A DNA stretch of 64,000 nt from a virus (IMGVR_UViG_3300031555_001441:64001-128000), one strand, 5' to 3'. Counted from the first letter of the stretch, positions 37,905 to 48,380 are shown. Notes: generated by a model from the letters alone, not told the origin. Numbers and translations are program-made.

Positions 37905-40487
37905 TTATGTTGTTGCTTTTTCGTATGCGAGGAGGACGCCTTTGAGAGATGCTTTGAAAGCTTCCAGCGTCGAATACGCAGAATCCGTAATAGCGACCAT
38001 GGTATTGCTCTCGCCTCCACTTGTACCTGTACCGACCTCTTTATCTGCAATTCTGTTCGCGCCAACGCCACCCGTAGCATATCTTGAACACAATAGAGGT
38101 GCTTTTTCGCTGGAAGCATAACCTGTTTTCAAATCTTGTATTATACAATAATATTGATTTTGTATAGCCGTTGACGCACTCCAATTTTTAGTGCTTAAAT
38201 CTATAACTGCCGTGGTATTAAAATCTATTTCTTTCTTAAAAGCCAGCAACTGTCTCAACGTACCGTCGCACGCTTCTTTTACCTCTGTCGTATAATCAAC
38301 TACACCTTTGATAGTGTCGGGGTCTGTCGGGGCAAGGTTGTCGCCTTTTAAGGCTATCTTGTGCATATCGCCATCGGTGATGTTATGGAGCGTATCTATC
38401 TCTGCTTTGTAGTCTACGGGATAGAATATCAGATTGCCCTGCGGAACGCCGTTCGGGCAGTCGAAAGACATTGTGCCGAAATCGTCTATTGCTACGTTCT
38501 CGGGGAAATGTGTACCTTGTTCGGTAGTTTTTGCAGAGTCGGCAAGTTCATATTCAAGATATACGCCTGACATTGCGGTCTTAAAAGCGGCGGGGTCTGT
38601 ATAGGCGTTGTTTCTCAAATAAACTGTGGAAGCGTCTCTTATCTCTATTGCTTTATCAGGAATAGAATCTGCTGATGTAGTAGAGGGCTGAATGGTATAA
38701 GCCGAGCAACGTGCGTTGCGTGTACCACCGAAATCTGACGGCATAGACGCAGGATAAAATACATCGCTTTGAGCCACATAACCATAAGTCAATGTCCCCA
38801 AATCCACTTTGCCTGTCTCTTTATGCACTACACCATCAGGCGTTTTATAGTCAAACGCTAACAGAGGCTCATCACCTGTGTCAATGTTCGCAAGTTCCTC
38901 ATAGGGATAATACTGGTCGTAGCCGCTTTCGCCTTCGTAGTAGAGGGAGATTGTGGTATCATTCTTATAGGTTGTGCCATAACTCGTCTCAAAATAAAAT
39001 GCCATATAACAAGCATTGTTAGGCGTCGTAAATGCAAAACCCGGGCTTCTGCCTGTGTAGGAAAGATAATTGCCATCGGCATCATACCATATCATCCAGT
39101 ATGCTGCACCAGCAGAACCGCAATATTTATAGTATGTCGTATTAGGAATAATACGAATGAGATTTTTACACCTTATGTTTGAACTACTACTATATTTTGC
39201 ACCTGTATTTACATCATATGTGCCTTCTTCCCATTCTTCGTCCCACACATTTCTCCCTTTTGCTTTCAGATACCTGCCGTTACAATCGGTCAAAGTACCT
39301 ACATTATAGGATAAATCTCCCTGATAGTATCTGAAGAAATCTTCGGGGTGATTTAGCAGGTGGGTCGGGATTTTGTCGTTACTGCCGAACCAGAGGGTAA
39401 GGTCAATGACGAGCGGATTTTTGATATGAATTTCAGTATTAAGACCTTCGTTTTCTATCGGGAAGATATATAAATTGCCAGTTGTGCCATTAGAAATAGC
39501 AGTGGAAATCCCCGAATAATGTGCAATAGAAGTAGATAATACTGCGTTAAATACAGCAACACCGCCACCACTACCGTAATACATTCTTAATGCAAGAGCC
39601 GCTTCTGCGTATCCCTCAAAATAAAGCAAATATTTGTGCCCGCTAATCGTAGGAATACCAGTATTGCATTTTACTCCGTTGTTCCGCGTTTCACTTGTAA
39701 AAACCGCCTCGCCGTTGGTAAATGTTGCAGTAACGCCGCCTTCAGCAGACCAGTTCGTTGAATTTATTGCTTTTGCCGCTTGATTAACAACAACTGTGTT
39801 TCCCCTTTTCTCTTTTAACTGGCAATATGAACCCGTATCTATCTTTCCTTCACCATTTGCACAGCCGGAGCCTTGTAGAATAAAAGGAGCTGACTGCGAA
39901 ATTCCACTATCAGAGGAATAAGGTGTAAAATTGTCAGCATAACCAACGATCATCAATCGATAATGACCGCGCTGTTTAGCATAGATAGAAACAAGATCAT
40001 CACCTATTGTAGCTTCTCTCCATCGTGCACTGTTCCAGGTTCCTGCAGTTTGTTGTATACATACATATAGTTTACGATTTGTAATCGCAGCTCCGTATAT
40101 GCAATAATCTCCTGGAACATATACTCGAGTTGTATCATACAGTTCAGCGACCATTTTAAATGATGCTGTTACGGCGTCTCCTGTTGATTTGGAATCTGCA
40201 GCGTATCCTTGAAGAGTGAGAGTAGTATCGAGAGGCGTGCTTGTGTATGCACCAGCACTTGCCCAACCTGTACCATCCCAATAATAGATATCACCATGTG
40301 TATAAGAAGCTGTAGTAGTTCCTAGATAGACGTAAGAAAGCGTATGATCAGCAGTTGCGAAATCACTAGGATCTATGATAACTTTTAAGCTGCCGATCTC
40401 TGCTTTAGTTGCAAATATAGTTTTGTATTTTGCAGTAGCTTGTGTACTATAATTTTGCAAATTGGAGTCACTTACAAAGTTAGGCAT
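37905..40487 (-). CDS. Large tail fibre / receptor-binding protein
   Basis: LDTTLTLQGYAADSKSTGDA, LVIDLTLWFGS, FKTAMSGVYLEYELA; 860 aa. Confidence 0.7.
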   Translation of the reverse strand: MPNFVSDSNLQNYSTQATAKYKTIFATKAEIGSLKVIIDPSDFATADHTLSYVYLGTTTASYTHGDIYYWDGTGWASAGAYTSTPLDTTLTLQGYAADSKSTGDAVTASFKMVAELYDTTRVYVPGDYCIYGAAITNRKLYVCIQQTAGTWNSARWREATIGDDLVSIYAKQRGHYRLMIVGYADNFTPYSSDSGISQSAPFILQGSGCANGEGKIDTGSYCQLKEKRGNTVVVNQAAKAINSTNWSAEGGVTATFTNGEAVFTSETRNNGVKCNTGIPTISGHKYLLYFEGYAEAALALRMYYGSGGGVAVFNAVLSTSIAHYSGISTAISNGTTGNLYIFPIENEGLNTEIHIKNPLVIDLTLWFGSNDKIPTHLLNHPEDFFRYYQGDLSYNVGTLTDCNGRYLKAKGRNVWDEEWEEGTYDVNTGAKYSSSSNIRCKNLIRIIPNTTYYKYCGSAGAAYWMIWYDADGNYLSYTGRSPGFAFTTPNNACYMAFYFETSYGTTYKNDTTISLYYEGESGYDQYYPYEELANIDTGDEPLLAFDYKTPDGVVHKETGKVDLGTLTYGYVAQSDVFYPASMPSDFGGTRNARCSAYTIQPSTTSADSIPDKAIEIRDASTVYLRNNAYTDPAAFKTAMSGVYLEYELADSAKTTEQGTHFPENVAIDDFGTMSFDCPNGVPQGNLIFYPVDYKAEIDTLHNITDGDMHKIALKGDNLAPTDPDTIKGVVDYTTEVKEACDGTLRQLLAFKKEIDFNTTAVIDLSTKNWSASTAIQNQYYCIIQDLKTGYASSEKAPLLCSRYATGGVGANRIADKEVGTGTSGGESNTMVAITDSAYSTLEAFKASLKGVLLAYEKATT

Positions 40488-40502
40488 ACGTTTTACCCCT
40501 TA

Positions 40503-40688
40503 CTATTGTATATTATTCACAATCTCAGTGATCTGCTCAGGTGTTAATGGAGTTGCACCTTTGAAAGGAAAATCACCTACATATATTGTGAGGTTAGGAG
40601 AGTCGAAATAAACGGTACTAGGATCTGGACTTACAGGCATTGACTGTCCTTGAGGTATCCATTCAAATTTAACTAGTCCTGAAGGCAT
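40503..40688 (-). CDS. Small virion protein
   Basis: VYFDSPNLTIYVGD resembles the 37389-37781 product. Confidence 0.6.
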   Translation of the reverse strand: MPSGLVKFEWIPQGQSMPVSPDPSTVYFDSPNLTIYVGDFPFKGATPLTPEQITEIVNNIQ

Positions 40689-40690
40689 AC

Positions 40691-41497
40691 TCATTCTGTA
40701 ATCACCTCCCACTTAGGAAGCGTAGCGATCTGACTTATAATAGCGTTGATAGCTTCGCCAGTCGCTCCAGCATCAGCAGCTACATTAGACTGAGTCAATG
40801 TAGGATCTGTTGTTCTATATAGAACAAGATTAGTACCGTCATCAGGTTGTATAGGTTCTTCCGAATCTGTTGAACTGAGCACAAGTCTCAGCTGATACTG
40901 AGTTTGAAGTTCAGAGAGATTTGCAGTATCTACAAAGTAGTAAGGTGTTGGTTCAAGAGATTCTCCGTTCCAGATTCCTTGATAATTACCTGCGTTATCA
41001 TATGCAAATACTTCTACACGATATCCAGATACTGGTGCAACATCTGTAATCCCGGATGGCAGTATCGACGTTCTAATAGCAGATTCAGATTCTATCTCAA
41101 CGCCTGTAGCAAATGAAAGTGTTCCCTGGTCCCAAAGTTCAGAAGATGTTTGTTTCCAATATATATCATTTATTATTTGTTGAACTTGCTGTTGCAGTTC
41201 AGCTACTTCCTCTTCCGGTGTAGGAGGACAAGGCGGTACAGGAGGGCATGGTGGACATGGAGGACACGGTTGTATTGCACGTGGATCTACTACTATACAT
41301 GTTTGAAGATCTTCATCAGAAACCGGTATAACCTCATTTGCTGGAATTGAATTAAAATACCATCCCATACGCTGTTCATTTTGATATGTGTACCAACCAT
41401 TATGCACTATCCATCTGACATTAGGAAATCTAGATAGAAGCACAACAGTTCCATCATATAGTCGCACACATGTATTAGGTATTTTTAAATACATCAT
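40691..41497 (-). CDS. Virion protein with Pro/Cys-rich linker
   Basis: PCPPCPPCPPVPPCPP; TDPTLTQSNVAADAGATGEAI. Confidence 0.7.
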   Translation of the reverse strand: MMYLKIPNTCVRLYDGTVVLLSRFPNVRWIVHNGWYTYQNEQRMGWYFNSIPANEVIPVSDEDLQTCIVVDPRAIQPCPPCPPCPPVPPCPPTPEEEVAELQQQVQQIINDIYWKQTSSELWDQGTLSFATGVEIESESAIRTSILPSGITDVAPVSGYRVEVFAYDNAGNYQGIWNGESLEPTPYYFVDTANLSELQTQYQLRLVLSSTDSEEPIQPDDGTNLVLYRTTDPTLTQSNVAADAGATGEAINAIISQIATLPKWEVITE

Positions 41498-41509
41498 ATT
41501 TTAATTACC

Positions 41510-41752
41510 TCAATTCTTAATCAAATAAATATCGTCAAGATCAGTGTCATACAATGGTTTGACTGTCTGATCACTCATGTTTATGAGATGCCATCCACAT
41601 GTTTTTCGGTTACCTCCCCAAGCATACCAACCAAACATAACACGCCACAACGTCGTTTCAAATCTTCCTAATTTGACACATTGTCCTGAAAATAATGTGA
41701 TATTCAGATCTGGTAAGTATAGCGAAGGCATTTTGCATGCTGTTTCAAACAT
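41510..41752 (-). CDS. Small protein similar to the N-terminus of 40691-41497
   Basis: LYLP...VKLGRF...WRVMFGWY...GW versus LKIP...VLLSRF...WIVHNGWY...GW. Confidence 0.65.
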   Translation of the reverse strand: MFETACKMPSLYLPDLNITLFSGQCVKLGRFETTLWRVMFGWYAWGGNRKTCGWHLINMSDQTVKPLYDTDLDDIYLIKN

Positions 41753-41822
41753 AGATAAACACCATCCTATCTTTTAATTACATTATGTATAAAAGGTTCA
41801 GATGGTGTTTTTATAGCAGATC

Positions 41823-42776
41823 TTACTTAGCGTCGATTATCTTATTGATCTGTGACATGAACTCATTATAATATGTTAAAGCAATATCTGCAACATATTT
41901 CATATCAGGATGAGGAGCTCCTGTAGTTCCTCTAGATCTGACGTCGAAGAAATGATCCCATTCATTAAGATAAGCGGACATTATTACTTCTGTTTTGAGA
42001 GAATTTGGCAGAATAGCTCGGGCCTGCTGCGGTTGAAGTCCCTGTTCTATCATTTCAAAATATGTTTTCTCAATGACGTCGAGCGTTTCTATGTACCGGT
42101 CTTTTGCAGCATCTGACCAGCTGTCCCAAGTTGACGGTTCGATGAATGTGAGCTCACCGCCGAACTTGCCTTGTGTGTAGTTACAGTATCTGGTAGACTC
42201 TTGTGCGAAACTTCTTCTGTGACGGACTATCTCATGAGATACTCCGCGGTCACATATGAATTTACAGGTCCACAGCGTATGATACTTGATATTATCTTTT
42301 GCGTTATCTGTATATTCTCGAAAAAGCTCCCTCATCTCGTCATCAGATATGATGCGTATCTTCCATGAATTGAGATACACTTGTTCTTGATCTGTTTTAA
42401 CACATGCTTGAAACGCCTTCATGAATCTGAAACTGCTCCATCTCGGATTGTTCAAGTGAGACAGAGACAATGTTACCACATATGTATTGCCATCGAGCCC
42501 ATAACCTCCCACATCAAGTTCCGTGATGCGCACTCGTTCCATTGTATTGAACTCATCAGGTAAATGTGTGTAACAAGGTACATCAACTCGAAAATGCACG
42601 ACAGCATGTTCAAGCATTGCGAGATGCTGCCGTTTGATCAGCCCCTCGACAAATTTGTAACAGCTATCTTCAGTTATTTTGTCCTCTGACTTGTAACATG
42701 TTCTGCCGATTCGTTCTATCTTCTTATAAACATCAGATTCTAGGATCGGCTCAGCCGTTGCTTTGATAATTTTCAT
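41823..42776 (-). CDS. thyX: FAD-dependent thymidylate synthase
   Basis: IGRTCYKSE, HLAMLEH, DRGVSHEIVRHRRSFAQESTRYCNY, ARAILPNSLKTE. Confidence 0.95.
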   Translation of the reverse strand: MKIIKATAEPILESDVYKKIERIGRTCYKSEDKITEDSCYKFVEGLIKRQHLAMLEHAVVHFRVDVPCYTHLPDEFNTMERVRITELDVGGYGLDGNTYVVTLSLSHLNNPRWSSFRFMKAFQACVKTDQEQVYLNSWKIRIISDDEMRELFREYTDNAKDNIKYHTLWTCKFICDRGVSHEIVRHRRSFAQESTRYCNYTQGKFGGELTFIEPSTWDSWSDAAKDRYIETLDVIEKTYFEMIEQGLQPQQARAILPNSLKTEVIMSAYLNEWDHFFDVRSRGTTGAPHPDMKYVADIALTYYNEFMSQINKIIDAK

Positions 42777-42805
42777 AAAATATTTATCTCCTTTTATATT
42801 AGATT

Positions 42806-43087
42806 TCAAGTTATATCAACACGATGTGCATACATTCCCCATTTGCATTCTGTAGGTTTGAAATGCACTACGTTGAAAGCATATCCGATTATATCACCAT
42901 ACAATGATTGATCTAATCCAGCACTAGTAACGATGATATTTTTCATATCAAGTCGTTTTCTAACTTCAGAAACAGTCATATATCTAGCACCTGCGTCGCG
43001 TCGAGCATTTTTATGTTGAAGCAATATGCTCTCATCATCTCTGATATGCAGAAGATGAATAACTTGTTTAAGCGTAATTCGGCTCAT
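42806..43087 (-). CDS. Hypothetical protein
   Basis: ORF coupled to the ligase stop. Confidence 0.6.
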   Translation of the reverse strand: MSRITLKQVIHLLHIRDDESILLQHKNARRDAGARYMTVSEVRKRLDMKNIIVTSAGLDQSLYGDIIGYAFNVVHFKPTECKWGMYAHRVDIT

Positions 43088-45042
43088 TCGTGCATGTAGT
43101 CCTTTCTGAAGTTTTCTTCACTTACTTTCGGAATGTTCCATTTATCAGCTTTCTGATTTTTAGCGCTGCTGCTGTTGGGATCATCAGTTATCAAGCAGAA
43201 TGTGTCTTTGCAGATTTCTGCGGCCTTAAATCCATATTTAAGAAGCTCTTTTTCAAAATCTGCACGTTTAACTGATAACTTACCTGTTATCGCTACAAGC
43301 CTTGTATCTGCTTTGTCCGAAGACGTGGACCAATCTATCTTGTCCCAAATATATGCAAGACGTCCTATTTTATCTACATTTGCACAAAGGGCTTCTGCGT
43401 TTGAATTCCCGATATAGGCTGTAAGACGAATGATATCTGTCGACTTATTGTAAAGCAAATCTGTTAAGAATAACTGAGCTTTTTCAGGATCTCTTGCGAA
43501 CTTCTCACAAGTTACATCTCCGAATCTTGGAATGTTGAGAGCTTGAAGAGCTTCTTTAATTGAATACGACTGTCGAGCTTTGAAGCTTTCTATCATCTTT
43601 CGCATCAAGCCTTCGTGACCCTCTGTCGAAAATATTGATCCGATATTTTCAGAAGTTATGTCCCTGATGAAATACATGAATGTCTCAACCGACGGATCTC
43701 CTACAGGAATAATTTTATTCATGTATTTTGCTCTGAGATCTTCCTTCAATCCGTCAACTGGAGCAAGTGTATCTAACCAAACTGTCAGATCCTGCTGTAA
43801 TAGATTTGGACATTTCTTATTGTTGCACTGAAGCTGAACACCATTCCAAATCATAGTTTCATGACAAGAGGGACACTCTAACGGAATTGATATGTACGTG
43901 CAGCTTTCAAGTACCGATACAATATAGGGGATGATCTCTCCACGTTTTGTTATCTGTATCTTTGCACCCTTTCCGATCATGTTGTCCTTTATATATTGAG
44001 CGTTAAATCCTGTTGCATACTGAACAGTAGTTCCTGCAAGCTCTACGGGTTCAACTTTTACACGAGGTATGTAATAGTTTGTTTTGCTAAGATTCCACTC
44101 AACATCAACAACTGTTGTTTCTTTTATCTCGGACGGAAATTTATACGCAACTGATTCATAGGTGATATAAGGCGCTTGATTGGTATTGATTTGTTTTGTG
44201 ATAACGATACCGTCTGCGGGAAATTTACCGTACCATCTTCGCTGAAGGTTATCCATTTCTTCATCAAGATTTGTCGATGTCAAGCATTTCCAAGATTCTC
44301 GAGGAGCTGTCCAGAAGAACTGATCTTCCAGGAAGTTCCACATCGCAGAGTCGCTGCTAAAAATGTCTATATTAGATGAACACTCCCACCCGACTACGCT
44401 ATATACCAATATATGTAAGTAAGGAAGCTCGTCTGTCGCTTCTTTACGATTGATGATACCTGCAGTTGCATTTCTAGGATTTTTAAGTTCAGGATGTATA
44501 TCAAGAAGTCGATTGAAGTTAGCATACGACATTACTATTTCGCCCCGGACAGCTCCTGTGAACCATCTTGCTTCAATGTCCTCTAGATCCCTATTGATCT
44601 TTAAGACTTTGTCTGTAATGTCAATGCCGATGTTACCGTCGCCTCGAGTCAACGCTTGAACTAAGTGTCCATGTTCATAATACAGAACAACGCTGATACC
44701 GTCAAGTTTAAGAGATGCTGTGTACTGTGCTGAAGGATCATTCGATTTGATGTTGAATGCTCTTTTGAACTCATCGCCGGTTCTTATCTTATCAAGTGAG
44801 CCGGCAGGTCCATATTTGTGAGGAACTTTCTGTCCAGGTGTGCTGTCTTCATCAACGGAGTAGCCCCAGCCTACTTCAGTCACTACTGGATTGTCCGGGT
44901 CAAGAGTTTTGAGTTCGTTGACCTTTGCATCAAATTCAGCATCAGTCAGATTTGATGTTCCATCTGTGTAATACTTCTGTGCAGCATCTTTCACTTCATT
45001 CGCAAGAGCTACTACAATCTTGTTTGCAAGTAACTTGTTCAT
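43084..45042 (-). CDS. ligA: NAD-dependent DNA ligase
   Basis: KLDGIS, LTRGDG, VRGEI, NPRNATAG, DGIVI, zinc finger CPSC...C...C, C-terminal BRCT. Confidence 0.95.
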   Translation of the reverse strand: MNKLLANKIVVALANEVKDAAQKYYTDGTSNLTDAEFDAKVNELKTLDPDNPVVTEVGWGYSVDEDSTPGQKVPHKYGPAGSLDKIRTGDEFKRAFNIKSNDPSAQYTASLKLDGISVVLYYEHGHLVQALTRGDGNIGIDITDKVLKINRDLEDIEARWFTGAVRGEIVMSYANFNRLLDIHPELKNPRNATAGIINRKEATDELPYLHILVYSVVGWECSSNIDIFSSDSAMWNFLEDQFFWTAPRESWKCLTSTNLDEEMDNLQRRWYGKFPADGIVITKQINTNQAPYITYESVAYKFPSEIKETTVVDVEWNLSKTNYYIPRVKVEPVELAGTTVQYATGFNAQYIKDNMIGKGAKIQITKRGEIIPYIVSVLESCTYISIPLECPSCHETMIWNGVQLQCNNKKCPNLLQQDLTVWLDTLAPVDGLKEDLRAKYMNKIIPVGDPSVETFMYFIRDITSENIGSIFSTEGHEGLMRKMIESFKARQSYSIKEALQALNIPRFGDVTCEKFARDPEKAQLFLTDLLYNKSTDIIRLTAYIGNSNAEALCANVDKIGRLAYIWDKIDWSTSSDKADTRLVAITGKLSVKRADFEKELLKYGFKAAEICKDTFCLITDDPNSSSAKNQKADKWNIPKVSEENFRKDYMHE

Positions 45043-45046
45043 ACTA

Positions 45047-46000
45047 TTATTTCTTGTGCCTCCTAACGATATCTTCCATCTCTTTAAACAGATTTTGAAA
45101 ACTTTGATCATATTCTTCATCAGTCATATCGCGTACTTTATCTATTTCAAAGTACACACGATACAGAGATTCATCGATTTTATCTAGTTTAGTAATCATA
45201 ACACCTTCTGCAATTTGATCTGCATTTATCTCTCCGTCAATCTTGTAAAAAGAGACTCCATGACGCCATGGCTTCTTATCGAATCTATATTTCTTCAAAT
45301 GAGATCTGAGTGTTCTGCGTTCTTCTGGAGAAACTGGAGCGAATACATTGTATGCTCTGATAGTCATACACTCTACCCAGGCCTTGCAGAAGTTGATAGT
45401 TTCTTCATCTGATATAATAGAATAAACTGTGTTAGTATTGTATGTGCTATCGTAAGGTTGCCAAGGTGCATGCTTCTCTAAGTCGAAGTAGTAATCGTCG
45501 ATGAATAAGACATCACCCTCTTCCAACCATTCATGTTCTGTATCAAATAAGCGTCGGCTTTTTCTTTCTGACTTTCTAGTCAAATCTGTATATACATCTG
45601 AAGTCGGCGCTTTATCAAGTACATCTATATGAAATGCAACTGTATACTTATTCGGATTTATAGAGAGTGGTTCTACTGCATATATCATAGTGCCATATGC
45701 AATCCATTCATCATCAACAGCAGCATCAATCATGTAGGATGCTTTTCCCGTGTACCACGGGTATCTATTAAAATTGTATTTAGATTCAAGTTCCTGCAGC
45801 TCTTGCTTCTCCTCCTCTGTGTTTACTCCAGAAATGTTATATCCCCGAATAAGTATACAACGCATCCAGGCCTTACAAAATTCAATAGTTGCTTCATCAG
45901 ATATGATGCAGTCAACCATGATATCGCGATTACTGAATAATGGACATCTAGAATCTATATCAAATTGATATTCAGATATCTTCAATATATTTTGAGACAT
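45047..46000 (-). CDS. Hypothetical protein with internal domain duplication
   Basis: IISDEATIEFCKAWMRCILIRGYN versus IISDEETINFCKAWVECMTIRAYN. Confidence 0.75.
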   Translation of the reverse strand: MSQNILKISEYQFDIDSRCPLFSNRDIMVDCIISDEATIEFCKAWMRCILIRGYNISGVNTEEEKQELQELESKYNFNRYPWYTGKASYMIDAAVDDEWIAYGTMIYAVEPLSINPNKYTVAFHIDVLDKAPTSDVYTDLTRKSERKSRRLFDTEHEWLEEGDVLFIDDYYFDLEKHAPWQPYDSTYNTNTVYSIISDEETINFCKAWVECMTIRAYNVFAPVSPEERRTLRSHLKKYRFDKKPWRHGVSFYKIDGEINADQIAEGVMITKLDKIDESLYRVYFEIDKVRDMTDEEYDQSFQNLFKEMEDIVRRHKK

Positions 46001-46364
46001 TATCTATACCCCTTTCACTCATCTGTTGTTTATATTTATCTACACATTCTATAACGATTCATAAAAAATAGATCGGCTGTTATGGGAGTTGGAGCCGATC
46101 TATCTATGATGCCCTCGAGAATCTTTTCATCCGGGCCAGATGAATTCCAAAATAATTAAAGAAGTTATGCAGAGATTCTCGTGCTGCTGTGGAAATTGTA
46201 GGTGCCGTCCTACTGCGTGCTTCTCAAGATGCTTTGACTCAGAAGCCGTGAGGTATTTAAAGGAGACCACAAAGAACACACTTTTTCGGTCTTAGGGAGC
46301 ATCTTGTGCCCTGACGTATGGAAAACCACGCGTATTCAAAATGAGTGGACAACGACGTTGTTGA

Positions 46365-46437
46365 TCTGAGTGAAGGGATTTGAACCCCCGACCTGATGGT
46401 CCCAAACCACCCGCTCTACCAACTGAGCTACACCCAG
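46365..46437 (-). tRNA. tRNA-Pro(UGG)
   Basis: Cloverleaf; anticodon arm GGUGG-UUUGGGA-CCAUC; CCA not encoded. Confidence 0.9.
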
Positions 46438-46465
46438 ATACTGGGAAGGATTATTCTTCCCATTC

Positions 46466-46538
46466 TGGAAGGAACGGTAGGAGTCGAACCTACTTAAGTC
46501 AGTAGCGCTACTTCTGACTCTTGTCCGAAATCATCCCC
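46466..46538 (-). ncRNA. tRNA-like RNA with atypical D and anticodon arms
   Basis: T arm GUAGG-UUCGACU-CCUAC, G.U-rich acceptor stem, 3' CCA; AGUCAG/CUGACU arm with an 11-nt loop. Confidence 0.6.
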
Positions 46539-46555
46539 ATATGAATGTTGGCATC

Positions 46556-47071
46556 TTATTTTGCATACAGCGCATTGTTGACAATAGTGTATCCATGTTT
46601 ATATAACGATTCATCGCTATTGATTGTATCTCCTGTAAGGAGTTCATCGAGCAGCTCCCGAATCAATCTGACTTCATTCTTGATGATTATGTCAGGAGCG
46701 TCAAGAACAATGAGTTTTGATAATCTTATATTTCTGTTATATATGTTTGCGAGCAGCCGAGCTACATATGCAAATGAAATCATATCGTCATCATATATTC
46801 GGAGGACATCGTCTACGGGAATTTCATTGATACATACATCAGAGTAGTTATGCTCTTTTCTGAATTCGGCTACTTTCCGGTCAGCAAGCTCTCTGAAATC
46901 TTCATCGTGAGAAAAATATTCAAACACTGTATACTCCAGCTTTTCATCAGGCGTAAGCATTTTGTAATCAGTTTGTGTAAGCAGCATCTCAGCACAGTCT
47001 CTTTCGGTCATGTCCATATCAGATAGTGCGGACAGCGGAATAATCGATACAGGAAATTTGATGTTTTTCAT
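46556..47071 (-). CDS. Hypothetical protein
   Basis: ORF with AAGGAG RBS. Confidence 0.7.
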   Translation of the reverse strand: MKNIKFPVSIIPLSALSDMDMTERDCAEMLLTQTDYKMLTPDEKLEYTVFEYFSHDEDFRELADRKVAEFRKEHNYSDVCINEIPVDDVLRIYDDDMISFAYVARLLANIYNRNIRLSKLIVLDAPDIIIKNEVRLIRELLDELLTGDTINSDESLYKHGYTIVNNALYAK

Positions 47072-47108
47072 TATTTGATACTATCTCCTTATTACTATGA
47101 ATATGCAG

Positions 47109-47180
47109 AGCTGGTGAATGGAGTCGAACCATCAATCCGTGCATTACAAGTGCACTGCTCTACCATTGAGCCACACCAGC
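47109..47180 (-). tRNA. tRNA-Thr(UGU)
   Basis: Cloverleaf; GUGCA-CUUGUAA-UGCAC. Confidence 0.9.
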
Positions 47181-47188
47181 AAATTAAA

Positions 47189-47328
47189 TTGAACCTAAAT
47201 GACGAATGCGGTTATTCCAGCCTCAACACACGACTATTGTGCGCACTCACGGTGTACTATAGCGGTTTCTGTGGAGTCTGCTTGCAATCAGACGTTATCC
47301 ACCATTTGCTCACTTCATTTAGATTCAA
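47189..47328 (-). ncRNA. Structured RNA candidate, ~140 nt
   Basis: Complementary ends (TTGAACCTAAATGA / TCATTTAGATTCAA) between RNA genes. Confidence 0.5.
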
Positions 47329-47331
47329 AGT

Positions 47332-47632
47332 GTAAGGACTAGCGAATCACCTTACTGTACCTATCTCCGCTTTCAAGGCTTTCGATTGCGCTCTATTAGG
47401 TAGAATTACACAACACTTTTAATTCAGATTCCTGACTTGACTCAGCATGAGTATCTGAACACCTAATAGAGAAATCAATTTAATAAAAGTTACCGTCACT
47501 TTCGCTCGGATTGATTACCGCGTTTCCTGCCTCATGGCAGTCACTCTTGTTCTGTCTTTGCAGTTGAGTTACGTCTCCCTATCATGATTCCGTTTGATCT
47601 GTCGGAGCAGCACGGAGATCGGTTAGCCTTGC
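47332..47632 (-). ncRNA. Structured RNA candidate, ~300 nt
   Basis: Complementary ends, an internal CTATTAGGT/ACCTAATAG helix, and a 16-mer shared with the 1.15-kb RNA. Confidence 0.55.
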
Positions 47633-47659
47633 TATTATTTCAAGCCAACAGTAACTTTT

Positions 47660-47736
<77 letters not shown>

Positions 47737-47854
47737 ATGAATTTGAAAGTTCAGTCCGCCTTTCAGCCATTCCAGTAAGGGCGATACACAGCTTACAAGT
47801 CTCTGGCATCTGATACCTACGAGAGGTAACCATAACACGCGTTGTTATGTATTA

Positions 47855-47969
47855 TAGGCTGTTCTACACACATTTAACTACTTCTGTCCAGTTCGTCTAC
47901 TAACCCAAGCGTCCTATCCAGCAACGCTCCCGATATTCGGACGGGCGTTCATCCGCATCGTAGCACCTA
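47855..47969 (-). ncRNA. ~110-nt RNA family, copy A
   Basis: UAGGUGCUACGA...UAAAUG...GAACAGCCUA. Confidence 0.6.
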
Positions 47970-47989
47970 CGTATTATATAACGATTCTA

Positions 47990-48370
47990 TTATTTAACTA
48001 TGTCCTTGCTCAACAGATGAAAACATAAGAATTCGTAATTTTTAATCAAATGTGTATTTGTCGACTCATCATACTCTATATAACCAGTACCGTAAGGTGT
48101 TAAATAATAATCAGACATCATAATATCTGCGATTGATTGCAAACTAGGTGATAGGACTGTCTCTGCAGACTTATTGTCATCGTTAAGATCCGTAACAAAC
48201 CCTAACCACTCACCTTCTCTACTGAATATATGTGTAGGATGCTCTTCAGATATCTGAGAAGCTAGAGATTTATAGAAATCTTTCGGATATGTCCAACCTG
48301 ATCTACGTTCGGTTTCAGTTGAGTTTAATGGCATCAATTGAAACGTGCATTTTACTTTCTCAGTACTCAT
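47990..48370 (-). CDS. Hypothetical protein
   Basis: ORF with GAGG RBS. Confidence 0.65.
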   Translation of the reverse strand: MSTEKVKCTFQLMPLNSTETERRSGWTYPKDFYKSLASQISEEHPTHIFSREGEWLGFVTDLNDDNKSAETVLSPSLQSIADIMMSDYYLTPYGTGYIEYDESTNTHLIKNYEFLCFHLLSKDIVK

Positions 48371-48380
48371 GTTGTACCTC

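Noticed and set aside
30778-40487. Diversity-generating retroelement acting on fibre genes
   Set aside because: No reverse transcriptase in the window, and I saw no template/variable repeat pair with adenine-specific differences.
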